Part shown: positions 46,103 through 56,357 of the stretch, in pieces
Numbering within the stretch: the first letter of the stretch is position 1
Layout of the letters: the number at the start of each line of letters is the position of its first letter
Source of the DNA: Minisyncoccota bacterium
GTDB lineage: Bacteria; Patescibacteriota; Minisyncoccia; Phycocordibacterales; CSBR16-193
Direction: 5' to 3'
Assembly (NCBI GenBank): GCA_040905715.1
Contig: JBBDRA010000003.1
Coordinates: 135,075-199,074 of the forward strand
DNA: 64,000 bases
Position numbers and translations under genes: made by a program
Notes under the pieces: model-generated
What the model was told of the DNA's origin: nothing
What the model saw: only the letters and a program-made list of their open reading frames with translations
The model's database searches: none

Positions 46103-48607
46103 ATGGCAGAAAAAAATAATTCCAATAATAAAAACGAGGAGAACAAAGAAGAAGGCAAGACCTCTACGCCGGAAGAATTGGCGCTGGCGAAACAGGTGGT
46201 TAGCGCGAGTATCACTGACGAGATGAAGGAGTCGTATCTCGATTATGCGATGTCAGTTATTACGTCGCGCGCCCTGCCTGATGTAAAAGACGGCTTAAAG
46301 CCTGTGCAGCGCCGTATTCTCTATGCAATGCACACAATGAACCTTAACGCCGGGGGGAAGTTTCGTAAGTCGGCCGCTATTGTCGGTGAAGTTCTCGGTA
46401 ACTATCATCCACACGGTGACTCTTCTGTGTATGCAGCGATGGTTAACCTGGCTCAATCATGGTCGCTACGCTACCCGCTTGTATGGGGTCAAGGAAACTT
46501 TGGTTCGATCGACGATGATCCGCCTGCCGCTCAGCGTTATACGGAGGCAAAAATGACCAAGATATCAGGTGACATGCTCAACGATATTGAAAAGAGCACG
46601 GTTGACTGGCGGTCTAACTATGACGGTACAAAAAAAGAGCCGATCGTTTTGCCGGCAGGAGTACCGAACCTGCTTTTGAATGGAACATTGGGTATCGCTG
46701 TGGGTATGGCGACTAATATTCCGCCACATAATCTCAATGAGGTGATCGATGCGACAATGCATCTGATCGATACCCCGAAGGCTACCAACGAAGACATTCT
46801 TGGTTTTATAAAAGGACCTGACTTTCCGACCGGCGGGATCGCTTTTAACGAAGCTGATATTCATCATGCGAGCGCTACTGGAAAAGGGGGAGTGGTTGTG
46901 CGTGGAGAAGCGGAGATCGTGGAGGGAGCAAAGGGAACACATCAGATCATTATTACTTCGGTTCCGTATCGTACGAATAAAGCCGATCTGATAATTAAGA
47001 TCGCTGATCTGGTGCGAAATAAAAAGATCGAGGGTATTAAAGATATCCGCGATGAATCAACTGACGAGATCCGCGTCGTGATCGATCTGAAAGGGGGAGG
47101 GCACCCGCAAAATGTGCTTAATAACATTTACAAATACACGCAACTTGAAGATACATTTCATTACAACATCGTAACGCTTGTTGACGGTATTCCGCAGACC
47201 CTTTCACTCAAAGGAGTGCTTGAGCAGTTTGTCCTGCACCGAGTTGATGTGATCACCCGGCGCACAAAGCATGATCTGGCGAAAGCAGAGGCTCGTGAGC
47301 ATATACTGATCGGGCTGAAGAAGGCGCTTGATCACATCGATGCGATCATCAAACTCATAAAGAAATCAAAAGATACGCAGACCGCGCACGCGAATTTGAT
47401 GAAGGAGTTTAAGTTCTCTGACCGACAGGCGACCGCTATTCTTGAGATGCGCTTGCAAAAACTGGCCGGTCTGGAGCGTCAAAAGATCGAAGAGGAATTG
47501 AAAGCAGTACAGCAACTGATCGCTGAACTTAAGGAAATTCTTTCCAGTGAGAAGAAGATCCGGAAGGTTATTAAGGACGAATTGACAGAAATGCAAAAAT
47601 TGTACGGCGACGATAGGCGAACAAAGATCGTGAAAACGGGAGTTAAGTCAATGTCGGTTGAGGATCTTATTCCGGATGAAGAATCTACGTTGGTGCTGAC
47701 AGCAAGTGGATACATCAAGCGCATGAGCCCTGACGAGTTTAAAAAGCAGAAGCGAGGTGGTGTTGGCGTGGTAGATATCGCAACCAAAGATGACGACTTT
47801 GTTCATACATTCCTGACCGCAAATACGCACAACGATCTGCTCTTCTTTACTGATGCTGGTAAGGTGTACCAGACAAAAATGTATGATGTGCCGGAAGGTA
47901 AGCGGGCGACTCGCGGTAAATCGATCATGAACTTCTTGCCAATAGAAGGTGATGAGCGTATTACAACTGTGTTGCCGATGCCCAAGGAGATCAAGAAAAG
48001 CGACGACCTTTCAGTTCTCATGATGACAAAACAAGGTGTGACCAAGCGGGTGAAGGCAGAGAATTTTTATGACGTGCGCCGAAGTGGGTTGATCACAATG
48101 AAGCTCGGCGACAATGATCAGCTCATCTGTGCTGATTTTGTGAGTGCCGGAGATGATGTGATAACGGTGAGTGCTCATGGTCAAGCAATTCGATCAAGCG
48201 CCAAAGAGATCCGTGAGATGGGACGAAGTGCTGCCGGTGTGCGTGGTATGAAACTCGGGAAGGATGACTATGTTATCGGTGCGCAGGTCATAAGAAGCGA
48301 TGCGGTCAACCCCGGCCTGCTTGTATTGACCGCGGCAGGGTTTGGTAAAATTACCGATATTGATGAGTACAAAAAGCAAAAACGTGGCGGGAGCGGGATC
48401 AAAACATCAAAGGTGACAAAGAAAACCGGTGATATTATTGCCGCGCGTGTAGTAACCGACGAAGAAGAGCTTGTGGTAATGTCTAAGAAGAGCCAGGTGA
48501 TTCGGACCAGTTTGACCGAAATTCCTCGTCTTGGTCGGGTTTCTCAAGGGGTGCGCATCATGAAGCTTCGTGAAAACGACGCAATCGCTTCGTTCATCTG
48601 TCTTTAA
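46103..48607 (+). CDS. gyrA: DNA gyrase subunit A
   Basis: [37 protein letters not shown]. GyrA-box-like [18 protein letters not shown] in the C-terminal beta-pinwheel repeats. Confidence 0.9.
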   Translation: MAEKNNSNNKNEENKEEGKTSTPEELALAKQVVSASITDEMKESYLDYAMSVITSRALPDVKDGLKPVQRRILYAMHTMNLNAGGKFRKSAAIVGEVLGNYHPHGDSSVYAAMVNLAQSWSLRYPLVWGQGNFGSIDDDPPAAQRYTEAKMTKISGDMLNDIEKSTVDWRSNYDGTKKEPIVLPAGVPNLLLNGTLGIAVGMATNIPPHNLNEVIDATMHLIDTPKATNEDILGFIKGPDFPTGGIAFNEADIHHASATGKGGVVVRGEAEIVEGAKGTHQIIITSVPYRTNKADLIIKIADLVRNKKIEGIKDIRDESTDEIRVVIDLKGGGHPQNVLNNIYKYTQLEDTFHYNIVTLVDGIPQTLSLKGVLEQFVLHRVDVITRRTKHDLAKAEAREHILIGLKKALDHIDAIIKLIKKSKDTQTAHANLMKEFKFSDRQATAILEMRLQKLAGLERQKIEEELKAVQQLIAELKEILSSEKKIRKVIKDELTEMQKLYGDDRRTKIVKTGVKSMSVEDLIPDEESTLVLTASGYIKRMSPDEFKKQKRGGVGVVDIATKDDDFVHTFLTANTHNDLLFFTDAGKVYQTKMYDVPEGKRATRGKSIMNFLPIEGDERITTVLPMPKEIKKSDDLSVLMMTKQGVTKRVKAENFYDVRRSGLITMKLGDNDQLICADFVSAGDDVITVSAHGQAIRSSAKEIREMGRSAAGVRGMKLGKDDYVIGAQVIRSDAVNPGLLVLTAAGFGKITDIDEYKKQKRGGSGIKTSKVTKKTGDIIAARVVTDEEELVVMSKKSQVIRTSLTEIPRLGRVSQGVRIMKLRENDAIASFICL

Positions 48608-48660
48608 ATGAAATGCACGTAGAGTATTAGGCCGTAAATTCATTTGAACGTAAGGAAAGT

Positions 48661-48700
48661 AAAAGAAACAATAGTATGGTGCTATTGTTTCTTTTGTTTA
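48661..48700 (+). terminator. Hairpin terminator after gyrA
   Basis: aaaaGAAACAATAGtatggtgCTATTGTTTCttttgttt. Confidence 0.4.
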
Positions 48701-48810
48701 TCACTATATTTTTTAGGCTTTATCTATATAGAATAGATAGAAAAGTTATCCCCTGGAACTCGTACTCCGCCCTGTTATACTAATTACAATTAATGTAAGC
48801 TTGAACCGCC

Positions 48811-49338
48811 ATGACTGACCCTGCACATAACTGCGAACAACTTGGTTTACAGCCCGGACAACATGTAGCTGATCTTGGGTCAGGTGCCGGGTACTATACG
48901 ATAGAGCTTGCTAAACGTGTTGGCACAGAAGGAAAGGTGTTTGCGATCGATGTGCGCAAGGATCTATTGGAAAAAGTAAAAAGTGCAGCACGAGATGAAG
49001 GGTTTGAAAATGTTGAAGTGGCTTGGGGAAATATAGAGGTGGAGAATGGAACCCGACTGCGTAGTGATTCGATCGACGTTGTGATCATAGCGAACACACT
49101 TTTTCAGATAGAAGATCAGGCTGGCTTGGCACGGGAGACGGTGCGCATTCTCAAGCCGAAGGGTACGTTGCTCGTGGTTGATTGGACAGGTTCGCACGGT
49201 GGAATTGGGCCGGTTGAAGAGCAGGTTGTGCCGGAAGAGAAAGCGCGAGAGTTATTTGAACTTGCCGGTCTTGAATTTGCAAATTCTATATCGACCGGTG
49301 AACATCATTACGGATTTATAATGGAAAATCGAACATGA
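48811..49338 (+). CDS. Small class I SAM-dependent methyltransferase
   Basis: Motif I VADLGSGAGYYTIELAKRVG, motif II KVFAIDV and an acidic motif. 175 aa. Confidence 0.6.
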   Translation: MTDPAHNCEQLGLQPGQHVADLGSGAGYYTIELAKRVGTEGKVFAIDVRKDLLEKVKSAARDEGFENVEVAWGNIEVENGTRLRSDSIDVVIIANTLFQIEDQAGLARETVRILKPKGTLLVVDWTGSHGGIGPVEEQVVPEEKARELFELAGLEFANSISTGEHHYGFIMENRT

Positions 49339-50633
49339 CAGATCTATCCCCCTTCAAGGTTGCTGTTTTAATTGGCTTTGGGCTCATGCTTTTTGGCGGT
49401 TTTATTGCGCTTACGTTGTTTTCCGGTGCGGGTGGTGGTGAGACGGTGACTATTAATCTATGGGGCACGGCGCCACAAAGTATTGTAAGAGAGGCTATTA
49501 AACAATCTGTGCCGGACGATACAACGGTTCGAGTTGAGTATATAGAAAAGGAAGCGGATACATTTGATACAGAGTTATTAGAAGCACTTGCTGCAGGAGA
49601 GGGGCCTGACCTGTTTTTCTTGCCGCAAGACAAAATATTGAAGCACCAAGGCAAACTTTGGACTATTCCGTTTGAGTCGTATGAAGAGCGAAGGTTCCAG
49701 GATACGTTTGCGAGTGTTACTGAGGTTTACCTTACATCGCAAGGATCGATCGGTCTGCCGATCATTGTTGATCCAATGGTGATGTACTGGAACCGAACGC
49801 TTTTCGATCAACATAGAATTTCCGCACCCCCGCAAACATGGGATAGTTTTAACAACGAGCCTCTTCGTTCGTTTATCGACAGAGATGGCCAGCAGATAGA
49901 CCAAGCAATGATCGCTTTTGGTAACTTTAGTAATATTACAAACGCAAAAGACATACTTACCACACTGGTCATGCAGTCAGGGTCTCCGTTAGTAGAGCGC
50001 CAAGGTCTAGATACGTATCGGGCGGTCATGGGCATTTCTCAGGAAGGACAGGTGATCTCTTCGGCTGTCGCTGCAGTGAACTTCTATACCCAATTTGCCG
50101 ATCCGAATAAGGTTGTCTATACCTGGAACAACTCTCTCCCTGATTCAAAGCAGATGTTCTTGAACGGTGACTTGGCGGTTTACGTAGGTTTTGCCTCAGA
50201 GCGTAATGATCTTATGCGGGAGAATCCTAACTTGGATTTTGGGGTGGCTATGCTTCCTCAGTCTTCCGGGAGAGATCAGCAATTAACCGGTGCGCGACTG
50301 GAGGCCCTTGCGATACCGTCTCAATCGCAAAAGAAAGGGGTGGCACTCACTGCTGCGGCACTGCTCACGGAAGGTGAGGGTGCGCGCATTATTGCTGAAT
50401 GGAGCGGCTTGCCACCGGCACGCCGAGATCTGTTGTCTGAAACACAGAGTCGGTCGCATATGGACGTATTCCATGATTCTGCTTTTATTTCTCGAAGCTG
50501 GTTCGATCCGGAGCCGGAATCAAGCACAGAGGTTTTTCGGGAAATGATACAGTCGATCCAGTCAGGTCGGTTGCAGCCAGCTGAAGCTATAGGTCGAGCG
50601 AATAGAGAGCTGCAAAATCTTTTGGACCAGTGA
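49335..50633 (+). CDS. Extracellular solute-binding protein, family 1-like (ABC transporter SBP), N-terminal membrane anchor
   Basis: N-terminal TM, then ITINLWG, PDLFFLPQD, LPIIVDPMVMYWNRTLFD and GDLAVYVGFASE, which parallel family 1 SBP blocks. Confidence 0.55.
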   Translation: MTDLSPFKVAVLIGFGLMLFGGFIALTLFSGAGGGETVTINLWGTAPQSIVREAIKQSVPDDTTVRVEYIEKEADTFDTELLEALAAGEGPDLFFLPQDKILKHQGKLWTIPFESYEERRFQDTFASVTEVYLTSQGSIGLPIIVDPMVMYWNRTLFDQHRISAPPQTWDSFNNEPLRSFIDRDGQQIDQAMIAFGNFSNITNAKDILTTLVMQSGSPLVERQGLDTYRAVMGISQEGQVISSAVAAVNFYTQFADPNKVVYTWNNSLPDSKQMFLNGDLAVYVGFASERNDLMRENPNLDFGVAMLPQSSGRDQQLTGARLEALAIPSQSQKKGVALTAAALLTEGEGARIIAEWSGLPPARRDLLSETQSRSHMDVFHDSAFISRSWFDPEPESSTEVFREMIQSIQSGRLQPAEAIGRANRELQNLLDQ

Positions 50634-50634
50634 T

Positions 50635-51111
50635 ATGACCACGATACTAAAACACAATAAACTAATGTGGGCGGTATGTAGTACTGTTGCGTTGCTTGCT
50701 GTAGTTGTTGGAGGGGTCGCGCCCACGCAAGCTAGCGCGCAGGAGCCTGGTGACTGTCGAGCAGATGGAGGGGGTGGCGTGTTGAGCGGGCTCGTTCCAT
50801 GCGGGTGCGATACTAATGGGGACGATATAGTGAATGGCGATGAGCGCTGTGATTTTTCAGATATAATGACGCTGATCCAGAATATTATCACCTGGATCAT
50901 TCTGTTCACTATCCCGGTCGCTGCTTTGATGTTCTCGTATGCTGGCTTCTTATTGATATCTGCGCAGGGTGACGAAGGGAAAATAAGGCAAGGCAAGCAG
51001 ATATTTGGATATGTGCTGACAGGTTTTGTGTTTGTGCTAGCAGCGTGGCTGATCGTGTACACAGTTGCCAGTGTGTTATTAGACGACGAATTTTTACAAT
51101 TTCTTGAGTAA
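50635..51111 (+). CDS. VirB2/TrbC-like small secreted hairpin-membrane protein, paralog 1 of 6
   Basis: Signal peptide, a Cys-containing N-terminal region, then two hydrophobic helices separated by the short polar loop ISAQGDEGKIRQGKQ. Confidence 0.45.
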   Translation: MTTILKHNKLMWAVCSTVALLAVVVGGVAPTQASAQEPGDCRADGGGGVLSGLVPCGCDTNGDDIVNGDERCDFSDIMTLIQNIITWIILFTIPVAALMFSYAGFLLISAQGDEGKIRQGKQIFGYVLTGFVFVLAAWLIVYTVASVLLDDEFLQFLE

Positions 51112-51535
51112 TAATATGATCAATAAAAAGTATATCTCACTTGTTTTCTCGTATTGTCTCGTGTTCGTTTTTCTTGTAGCGCTGGTCACTCCTGTTGTTG
51201 TCGGGGCTCAAAGTGGGACAATCCCCGGTGATTCCGGAATACAGAATCCGCTTGGTGAAGATGGGCCAACTACATTAATGAGTTTCATTGAGATCATCAT
51301 TACTAATATAGTATTACCTATCGCTTCGGTAGTTGTGGTTCTAGCGATTATTTACAGCGGTTTTCTCTTTGTTGCAGCGCGTGGGAACCCGACTAAGCTT
51401 GAACATGCTCGTACGGCATTTACTTGGACAGTTGTTGGTACTGCTGTGCTTTTGGGCTCCTGGGTTATCGCAGCGGCGATCGAGGGGACGCTCTGTGAGA
51501 TCACTGACGGTAATATTCCGGGACTGTGTAATTAA
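51104..51535 (+). CDS. VirB2/TrbC-like small secreted hairpin-membrane protein, paralog 2
   Basis: Signal peptide plus two hydrophobic helices with loop AARGNPTKLEHART. C-terminal Cys pair. Confidence 0.45.
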   Translation: MSNNMINKKYISLVFSYCLVFVFLVALVTPVVVGAQSGTIPGDSGIQNPLGEDGPTTLMSFIEIIITNIVLPIASVVVVLAIIYSGFLFVAARGNPTKLEHARTAFTWTVVGTAVLLGSWVIAAAIEGTLCEITDGNIPGLCN

Positions 51536-51543
51536 TTCTAGCC

Positions 51544-51918
51544 ATGCGTAACTCTGTTTCTACCCAGTTTAAACTCATAGCAGCCTCACTGTTCGGATTG
51601 CTGATCATGACGGCCCCGTTTACAGTCAGTGCTCAGTCACCGGGAACGTTTGCGGAGGTTGTGGGCGAATTTATTAGTATACTTAACGTTCTTTTCCCGC
51701 TTCTTGTTCTGGCTGCCATCATGATGTTTTTTTTGGGGCTGGCTAAATACGTTTTTCGAGCTGATGAAGAACCAATGGTGCAGCAAGGAAAGTTCTTGAT
51801 GACTTGGGGACTCTTGGCGATATTTGTCTTATTCTCGATCTGGGGAATACTAGGTTTTATTTACGGCGAGTTTGGCTTTACTGATCCGTTCGGTGCGTTC
51901 TTGCTCCCAACGAGTTAG
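51544..51918 (+). CDS. VirB2/TrbC-like small secreted hairpin-membrane protein, paralog 3
   Basis: FLGLAKYVFRADEEPMVQQGKFLMTWGLLAIFVLFSIWGI is the conserved paralog core. Confidence 0.5.
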   Translation: MRNSVSTQFKLIAASLFGLLIMTAPFTVSAQSPGTFAEVVGEFISILNVLFPLLVLAAIMMFFLGLAKYVFRADEEPMVQQGKFLMTWGLLAIFVLFSIWGILGFIYGEFGFTDPFGAFLLPTS

Positions 51919-51935
51919 TTGCCTTCTTGTAGATC

Positions 51936-52343
51936 GTGTATACAAATTTCTATATGAAAAAATTCTTAAAAGAACAATGTTTTCTTCAAATGGTTATTTC
52001 AAGCTTGTTCATGTTACTCGTTGTTCCTGGTGTGGTGCGTGCGAGTAGCCATCTTGAAGTGGAAACAATGCTTGAAAACGTGATAGGGATCATTGAGACA
52101 TTAATTCAGGTCTCTTTTGTTCTTATATTGGTAGCCTTTTTCTGGGGACTCGCTCGGTATGTTTTTAATGCGGGCAGCGAAGCGTCGATCCAGCAAGGCA
52201 AGCGCATTATGACCGGTGGCGTTATTGCTTTGACGGTCGCTTCACTGATCTGGGGAATTATAACGTGGGTTCGTGTTGAATTAGGGATCAGTGACACGTC
52301 TACTATAGAAATAATAGAAGGTCCTGGTGGGAGCGGGGCATAG
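51936..52343 (+). CDS. VirB2/TrbC-like small secreted hairpin-membrane protein, paralog 4
   Basis: FWGLARYVFNAGSEASIQQGKRIMTGGVIALTVASLIWGI. Confidence 0.5.
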   Translation: MYTNFYMKKFLKEQCFLQMVISSLFMLLVVPGVVRASSHLEVETMLENVIGIIETLIQVSFVLILVAFFWGLARYVFNAGSEASIQQGKRIMTGGVIALTVASLIWGIITWVRVELGISDTSTIEIIEGPGGSGA

Positions 52344-52521
52344 AAGGGGTCGAGCGGAGGAGGAAGTCTACTTCCTCGTTCATCTTATTCCTTCAGGCTG
52401 CCCGGCGCAGCCGTGTATATAGTGTTGTTGTCCACAGAAGGGTCTAGTATAATGTTGTATGGGCTATTATAATGTTAAAAGCTACCTTTATTACCAATTA
52501 TCACTAACAGGAGCTAGTCAT

Positions 52522-52884
52522 ATGAAAAAACAATTTTTAATGTACGGAACGCTTGCAGCAGTAATGGTGTTGACACCAGCTGTAGCTCTTGCGCAGGACC
52601 TGTCAGGAGTAGAAAACCTCATTGATTCGGTGCAAGATATTGTTAACACTTTAATTCCGATCATGTTTGCATTGATCGTTATCGCATTCTTTTATGGATT
52701 GGCGCGATACGTATTCAATGCTGACAACGAAGACGCTCGTGATCAAGGAAAGCGGATTATGGTGGGTGGTGTTATTGCACTAACCGTTGCAGCTTTGATC
52801 TGGGGTATTGTTTCTTGGATCGGTAACATTCTTGGAATTGAAGAAGATTCTAACCAGACCGTACCAACTATAAGCGTACGTTAG
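52522..52884 (+). CDS. VirB2/TrbC-like small secreted hairpin-membrane protein, paralog 5
   Basis: Start chosen at the ATG (MKKQFLMYG...) preceded by AGGAG. FYGLARYVFNADNEDARDQGKRIMVGGVIALTVAALIWGI. Confidence 0.5.
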   Translation: MKKQFLMYGTLAAVMVLTPAVALAQDLSGVENLIDSVQDIVNTLIPIMFALIVIAFFYGLARYVFNADNEDARDQGKRIMVGGVIALTVAALIWGIVSWIGNILGIEEDSNQTVPTISVR

Positions 52885-52893
52885 CTTTAACTG

Positions 52894-53166
52894 ATGCCTT
52901 CTAACGTTCCAGAACTGCTCGATAAGATAAACGCCACGATCCTTAATCCACTGATCCTGCTCATGTTTACTGTCGCGACAGTACTCTTTGCATGGGGAGT
53001 GATAACATTCATCACGAGTGAAGAAGGGGGAGAGGCTCGACAGCAAGGAAAAACAAACCTTGTATACGGACTGCTCGGACTCTTTATCATGATCGCGGTC
53101 TACGGAATTATTAGGATCATTGGTGCGACGTTCGGTATACCTATCGCTGACCTCTATATTTTCTAG
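52894..53166 (+). CDS. VirB2/TrbC-like small hairpin-membrane protein, paralog 6 (no obvious cleavable signal)
   Basis: FAWGVITFITSEEGGEARQQGKTNLVYGLLGLFIMIAVYGI. Confidence 0.45.
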   Translation: MPSNVPELLDKINATILNPLILLMFTVATVLFAWGVITFITSEEGGEARQQGKTNLVYGLLGLFIMIAVYGIIRIIGATFGIPIADLYIF

Positions 53167-53184
53167 CTGAAAGCTAAAAAGAAA

Positions 53185-53230
53185 TGAAAAAAGCTCCCTG
53201 TGCGCGCTGCGCAGAGGGAGCTTTGGTTTG
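53185..53230. terminator. Strong GC-rich bidirectional hairpin terminator after the paralog array
   Basis: aaaaAGCTCCCTgtgcgcgctgcgcagAGGGAGCTttggttt. Confidence 0.55.
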
Positions 53231-53248
53231 ATCGAAATGAACAGGTCG

Positions 53249-53830
53249 CTAATAATCCTTATATAAAGGCTGAACGACGATCGAACGATCAATCGGAGCA
53301 GTCACGTACACTGTGTCGTCCTCACCGATGTCTGGTTCTTCTCCGGGCAATATCCAAACCCCTTTATCGTTCCGGTCAGCCTTGAAGAGGTAATAGAAGT
53401 TACCCTCTTGGGAGGAAGTAACCTTTAGGGTCCAGGGCGTCCCGGGCTCACCTTCCAACCGGATCATCCGTTCCTCTCCCGCCTCCACGAAAATCTCTTC
53501 ACCTGCCCGATTGTATTGGGTCCATGGGACCGGCTCATTCCGAGTGCGTTGAACTCGACGATCAGATCTGTGTTCTTGATCGTCGGACAACAGCGGTGGA
53601 AGAAAGATAAAGGCGCCGATGATAACACCTGCCCAGATAAGTGTTTTTTTGAGAGAAGAGTTTCTTGCTCCAGAGGGAAGAGACATCTTGGGGATGTACG
53701 CCTTCATCGTTGCAAGATCGATCTTCCTCGTTTTTTTGGTTTTGCTCGTGAGGCTTTGGTCTCTAATAAGTCTCCAGACGCCAATGCAGAATACTATGAG
53801 TAAAAGGACGCTAACGAGTATAAGTGCCAT
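53249..53830 (-). CDS. Hypothetical membrane-anchored protein
   Basis: N-terminal TM ALILVSVLLLIVFCIGVW and a second TM (LIWAGVIIGAFIFLPPLL). No family recognised. Confidence 0.35.
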   Translation of the reverse strand: MALILVSVLLLIVFCIGVWRLIRDQSLTSKTKKTRKIDLATMKAYIPKMSLPSGARNSSLKKTLIWAGVIIGAFIFLPPLLSDDQEHRSDRRVQRTRNEPVPWTQYNRAGEEIFVEAGEERMIRLEGEPGTPWTLKVTSSQEGNFYYLFKADRNDKGVWILPGEEPDIGEDDTVYVTAPIDRSIVVQPLYKDY

Positions 53831-53973
53831 TTGGGTACCTCCGTGTTTGGTTGTGGTAAGGTTCAGTCAGTAGATATTATTACATATATGAATACATATG
53901 TCAATTTATATTGAATATAAAAAACTGCTCGTTGCTTGTGCAACGAGCAGGGGGTTAAAATAACATCTTACGT

Positions 53974-55275
53974 TTAGTCAATGTGCGCCTTGGAAATTGA
54001 TGTGACGCTCTTGATAAGATCATCGAAGGTGCCGCCTGTCATAAGCAAGTGATTGTTGCCCTGTTGAAGAGCTCTTTCCATTTGCTGGAGTTGGTAGGCA
54101 AGTCTGCCTTCGTCGTCTTTCATTTTCTTGGCTAGCTGTCCAACACCAAGAGCACGGGCCTTGTAGAGAGCTTTCTCAGCTTCTGCACGAGCTTTACCCT
54201 CAGATTCAATTACCTTTGCGCTCCCGATCCCTTCGAGTTCTAGTCGTTCTCTCTCTGCTTGGGCGTTCGTTATGGTCGTGCGTTTTTGAGCCAACGCACT
54301 GCTTGCCTCGGAAACTGATGCATTAACTACGCGAGGGATCCCAAAATCGGAAACCCAAACGCCTTCAACATCGATACCCCACCACTCCTTTTGTTTTGTG
54401 GAAGCATTTGATCCAGCTTCCACATCGTTTTCGGGTGGTTGCGCATCCGGTTCGCCGACCAGGAATTCGACAGCTTTGGTCAGTTGGTCGTTGATCCAGT
54501 GATGTCGCCGGGTTCCCTGTGCCAATGTTGTTTTTCCAGCAATGGCCTGAAGTGCAGGCTCAGCTGTCTGCATTTGATGCCGGTTGGCTTTGTTAACACT
54601 GCCCACCATTTTCAGAAATAGAGCATGGGCACCGGGTTCCCCATCTATCTTCCAGCGAACGACTACTCGGGGGCATGTGCTGATCCGTGCACCGTATGGT
54701 GACTGAGCGTCTTCTTCCCGTAACAGTTTCCCTTCCTCACCATCCGGATACTTAGCTGTTGCTGCCGGCTCCCAGACTACCTCAAAGGCATCTTCAACGA
54801 TAAACGCTTCATCGTTTTCAGAGGCACTTGTGCTGACAGGATTTCCCAATTCGTCTTTCTTGATGACAGAACCAAACTCAAGTTGTATGTAGTTTTGGGT
54901 TGCTGTTTCAAGAGAGGAGATGCCAAAGGGAACGAAGTGAATACCGGTGTCTGCGTGTTTGATCGGTGCTCCAAAGTAGAGTACTGTACCGATTTCGTCT
55001 ACTCTAACTTTTTTGAAACTAAAGATCGTGTAAATTGCAACCACGATTATGCCGGGAATTAACCAGCGGACGTCTGTAAACACAATAGGCAAGAGTAATC
55101 CCGCCAAAGCGATGACTAAGTAGATCCAGATGACTGTGCGAAGGAAGCTTACTTCCGTCTTCTTCATATCTTTACATATCCGTTCGATCGCTTCCTTTTT
55201 TCTCTGGTCAGCGGTACTGGGTTTTTCCGAGGCGGTTGAATCAGAACTCATGACGATCTTTCCTTCCTCTCCCAA
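53974..55275 (-). CDS. SPFH/band-7 (stomatin/prohibitin/flotillin-HflK-like) domain membrane protein
   Basis: N-terminal TM pair, then an SPFH-like core. The C-terminal Ala/Glu/Lys-rich helical region (AEAEKALYKARALGVGQLAKKMKDDEGRLAYQLQQMERALQQGNNHLLMTGG) is typical of band-7 proteins. Confidence 0.5.
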   Translation of the reverse strand: MGEEGKIVMSSDSTASEKPSTADQRKKEAIERICKDMKKTEVSFLRTVIWIYLVIALAGLLLPIVFTDVRWLIPGIIVVAIYTIFSFKKVRVDEIGTVLYFGAPIKHADTGIHFVPFGISSLETATQNYIQLEFGSVIKKDELGNPVSTSASENDEAFIVEDAFEVVWEPAATAKYPDGEEGKLLREEDAQSPYGARISTCPRVVVRWKIDGEPGAHALFLKMVGSVNKANRHQMQTAEPALQAIAGKTTLAQGTRRHHWINDQLTKAVEFLVGEPDAQPPENDVEAGSNASTKQKEWWGIDVEGVWVSDFGIPRVVNASVSEASSALAQKRTTITNAQAERERLELEGIGSAKVIESEGKARAEAEKALYKARALGVGQLAKKMKDDEGRLAYQLQQMERALQQGNNHLLMTGGTFDDLIKSVTSISKAHID

Positions 55276-55449
55276 TAGGGAGATATGTTGTAAGGTGCAC
55301 TTTGTGGGAGAACGAACTGGTTATAATAGTACTTAAATTAATGAATTTGTCAATATATTATATGGGTAATATTTTGACAAATAGGTGTTTAATGTTATAT
55401 TAAGTACACCTGATTGTTCCTTTTATACACTTGTTTGAAGGAGTGAAGT

Positions 55450-56154
55450 ATGACTTTGTCACCGACTGCATCCGTGTTTGGTTTATTTCTTGTTGTTGGG
55501 CTTCCGATCTTCTTAATGGTAGGGGTCTTTTGGGTGCTGATTCGAGGTTCTAAAAACATGGAGATTGAGGCTGAACGTAAGAAGCAGGCTGCGCGTAACC
55601 CACGGAAGCGCTACTATGGGCCCCCGTTTAAAGTTTGGCAGACGGTTTATGTTCCGGATATGGAACGTAAAGCTGTTGCTCAAAGTTTCCAAGTCCCAAA
55701 AGTAATCAATAAGCGGACAAAGGCAATGCTGCTCTCGGAGCAGTTTCCTTACTGGAGAAGCGGAAAAGTCTCCTTGGTTCGTACAACGCCTTATGACTTA
55801 GGTTTCGAGGCGGGGTGCGAAGGCCACGTTGCGGTCGACCTGAAAACTGAGCGTAAAACGATACTCATTAGAAGGGTCTTGGCGCGCGCTAAGAGTCTTG
55901 GGTTGAAACCGTGCCACCCGGTACTCCCTCTGTTTTTACGACTCCAATTAGATACCAAGGACAAGATAGAGGTTGTTGTCGATCCGGTCTCCTGTAACGA
56001 TACACGTTTATTCCGATGCATATTGCACTATGGGTTCAGTAATGATCGGAGTAGTAGTGTGGAGCGCTTCCGTGTTGAAGAGTTTGTGCCAATCGATGAG
56101 GGCGACGGAGTGGACGTGTTCACCCGACTGATCTTTGCTTTGCCGAACGAATGA
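55450..56154 (+). CDS. Hypothetical membrane-anchored protein
   Basis: N-terminal TM (VFGLFLVVGLPIFLMVGVFWVLI). No recognisable family. Confidence 0.35.
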   Translation: MTLSPTASVFGLFLVVGLPIFLMVGVFWVLIRGSKNMEIEAERKKQAARNPRKRYYGPPFKVWQTVYVPDMERKAVAQSFQVPKVINKRTKAMLLSEQFPYWRSGKVSLVRTTPYDLGFEAGCEGHVAVDLKTERKTILIRRVLARAKSLGLKPCHPVLPLFLRLQLDTKDKIEVVVDPVSCNDTRLFRCILHYGFSNDRSSSVERFRVEEFVPIDEGDGVDVFTRLIFALPNE

Positions 56155-56182
56155 TTATTTGGATTGATGTTTTTCACCAAAT

Positions 56183-56214
56183 CAAGCCCTCGCCTATAAA
56201 GCGAGGGCTTTTAA
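56183..56214 (+). terminator. Hairpin terminator
   Basis: aAGCCCTCGCctataaaGCGAGGGCTtttaaa. Confidence 0.45.
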
Positions 56215-56267
56215 ACAGGTGTTATATTTCTAACTGTTGAAGGTATTTTTAGTGGTTACTTATTATG

Positions 56268-56350
56268 TGGGCAGGGGGAGACTCGAACTCCCAAGCCGTA
56301 AAGGCACTAGCTCCTAAGGCTAGCGTGTATACCAATTCCACCACCTGCCC
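56268..56350 (-). tRNA. tRNA-Leu (anticodon TAG), long variable arm
   Basis: Reverse complement GGGCAGGTGGTGGAATTGGTATACACGCTAGCCTTAGGAGCTAGTGCCTTTACGGCTTGGGAGTTCGAGTCTCCCCCTGCCCA. Anticodon arm CTAGC-CTTAGGA-GCTAG. Confidence 0.8.
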
Positions 56351-56357
56351 ATTTATT

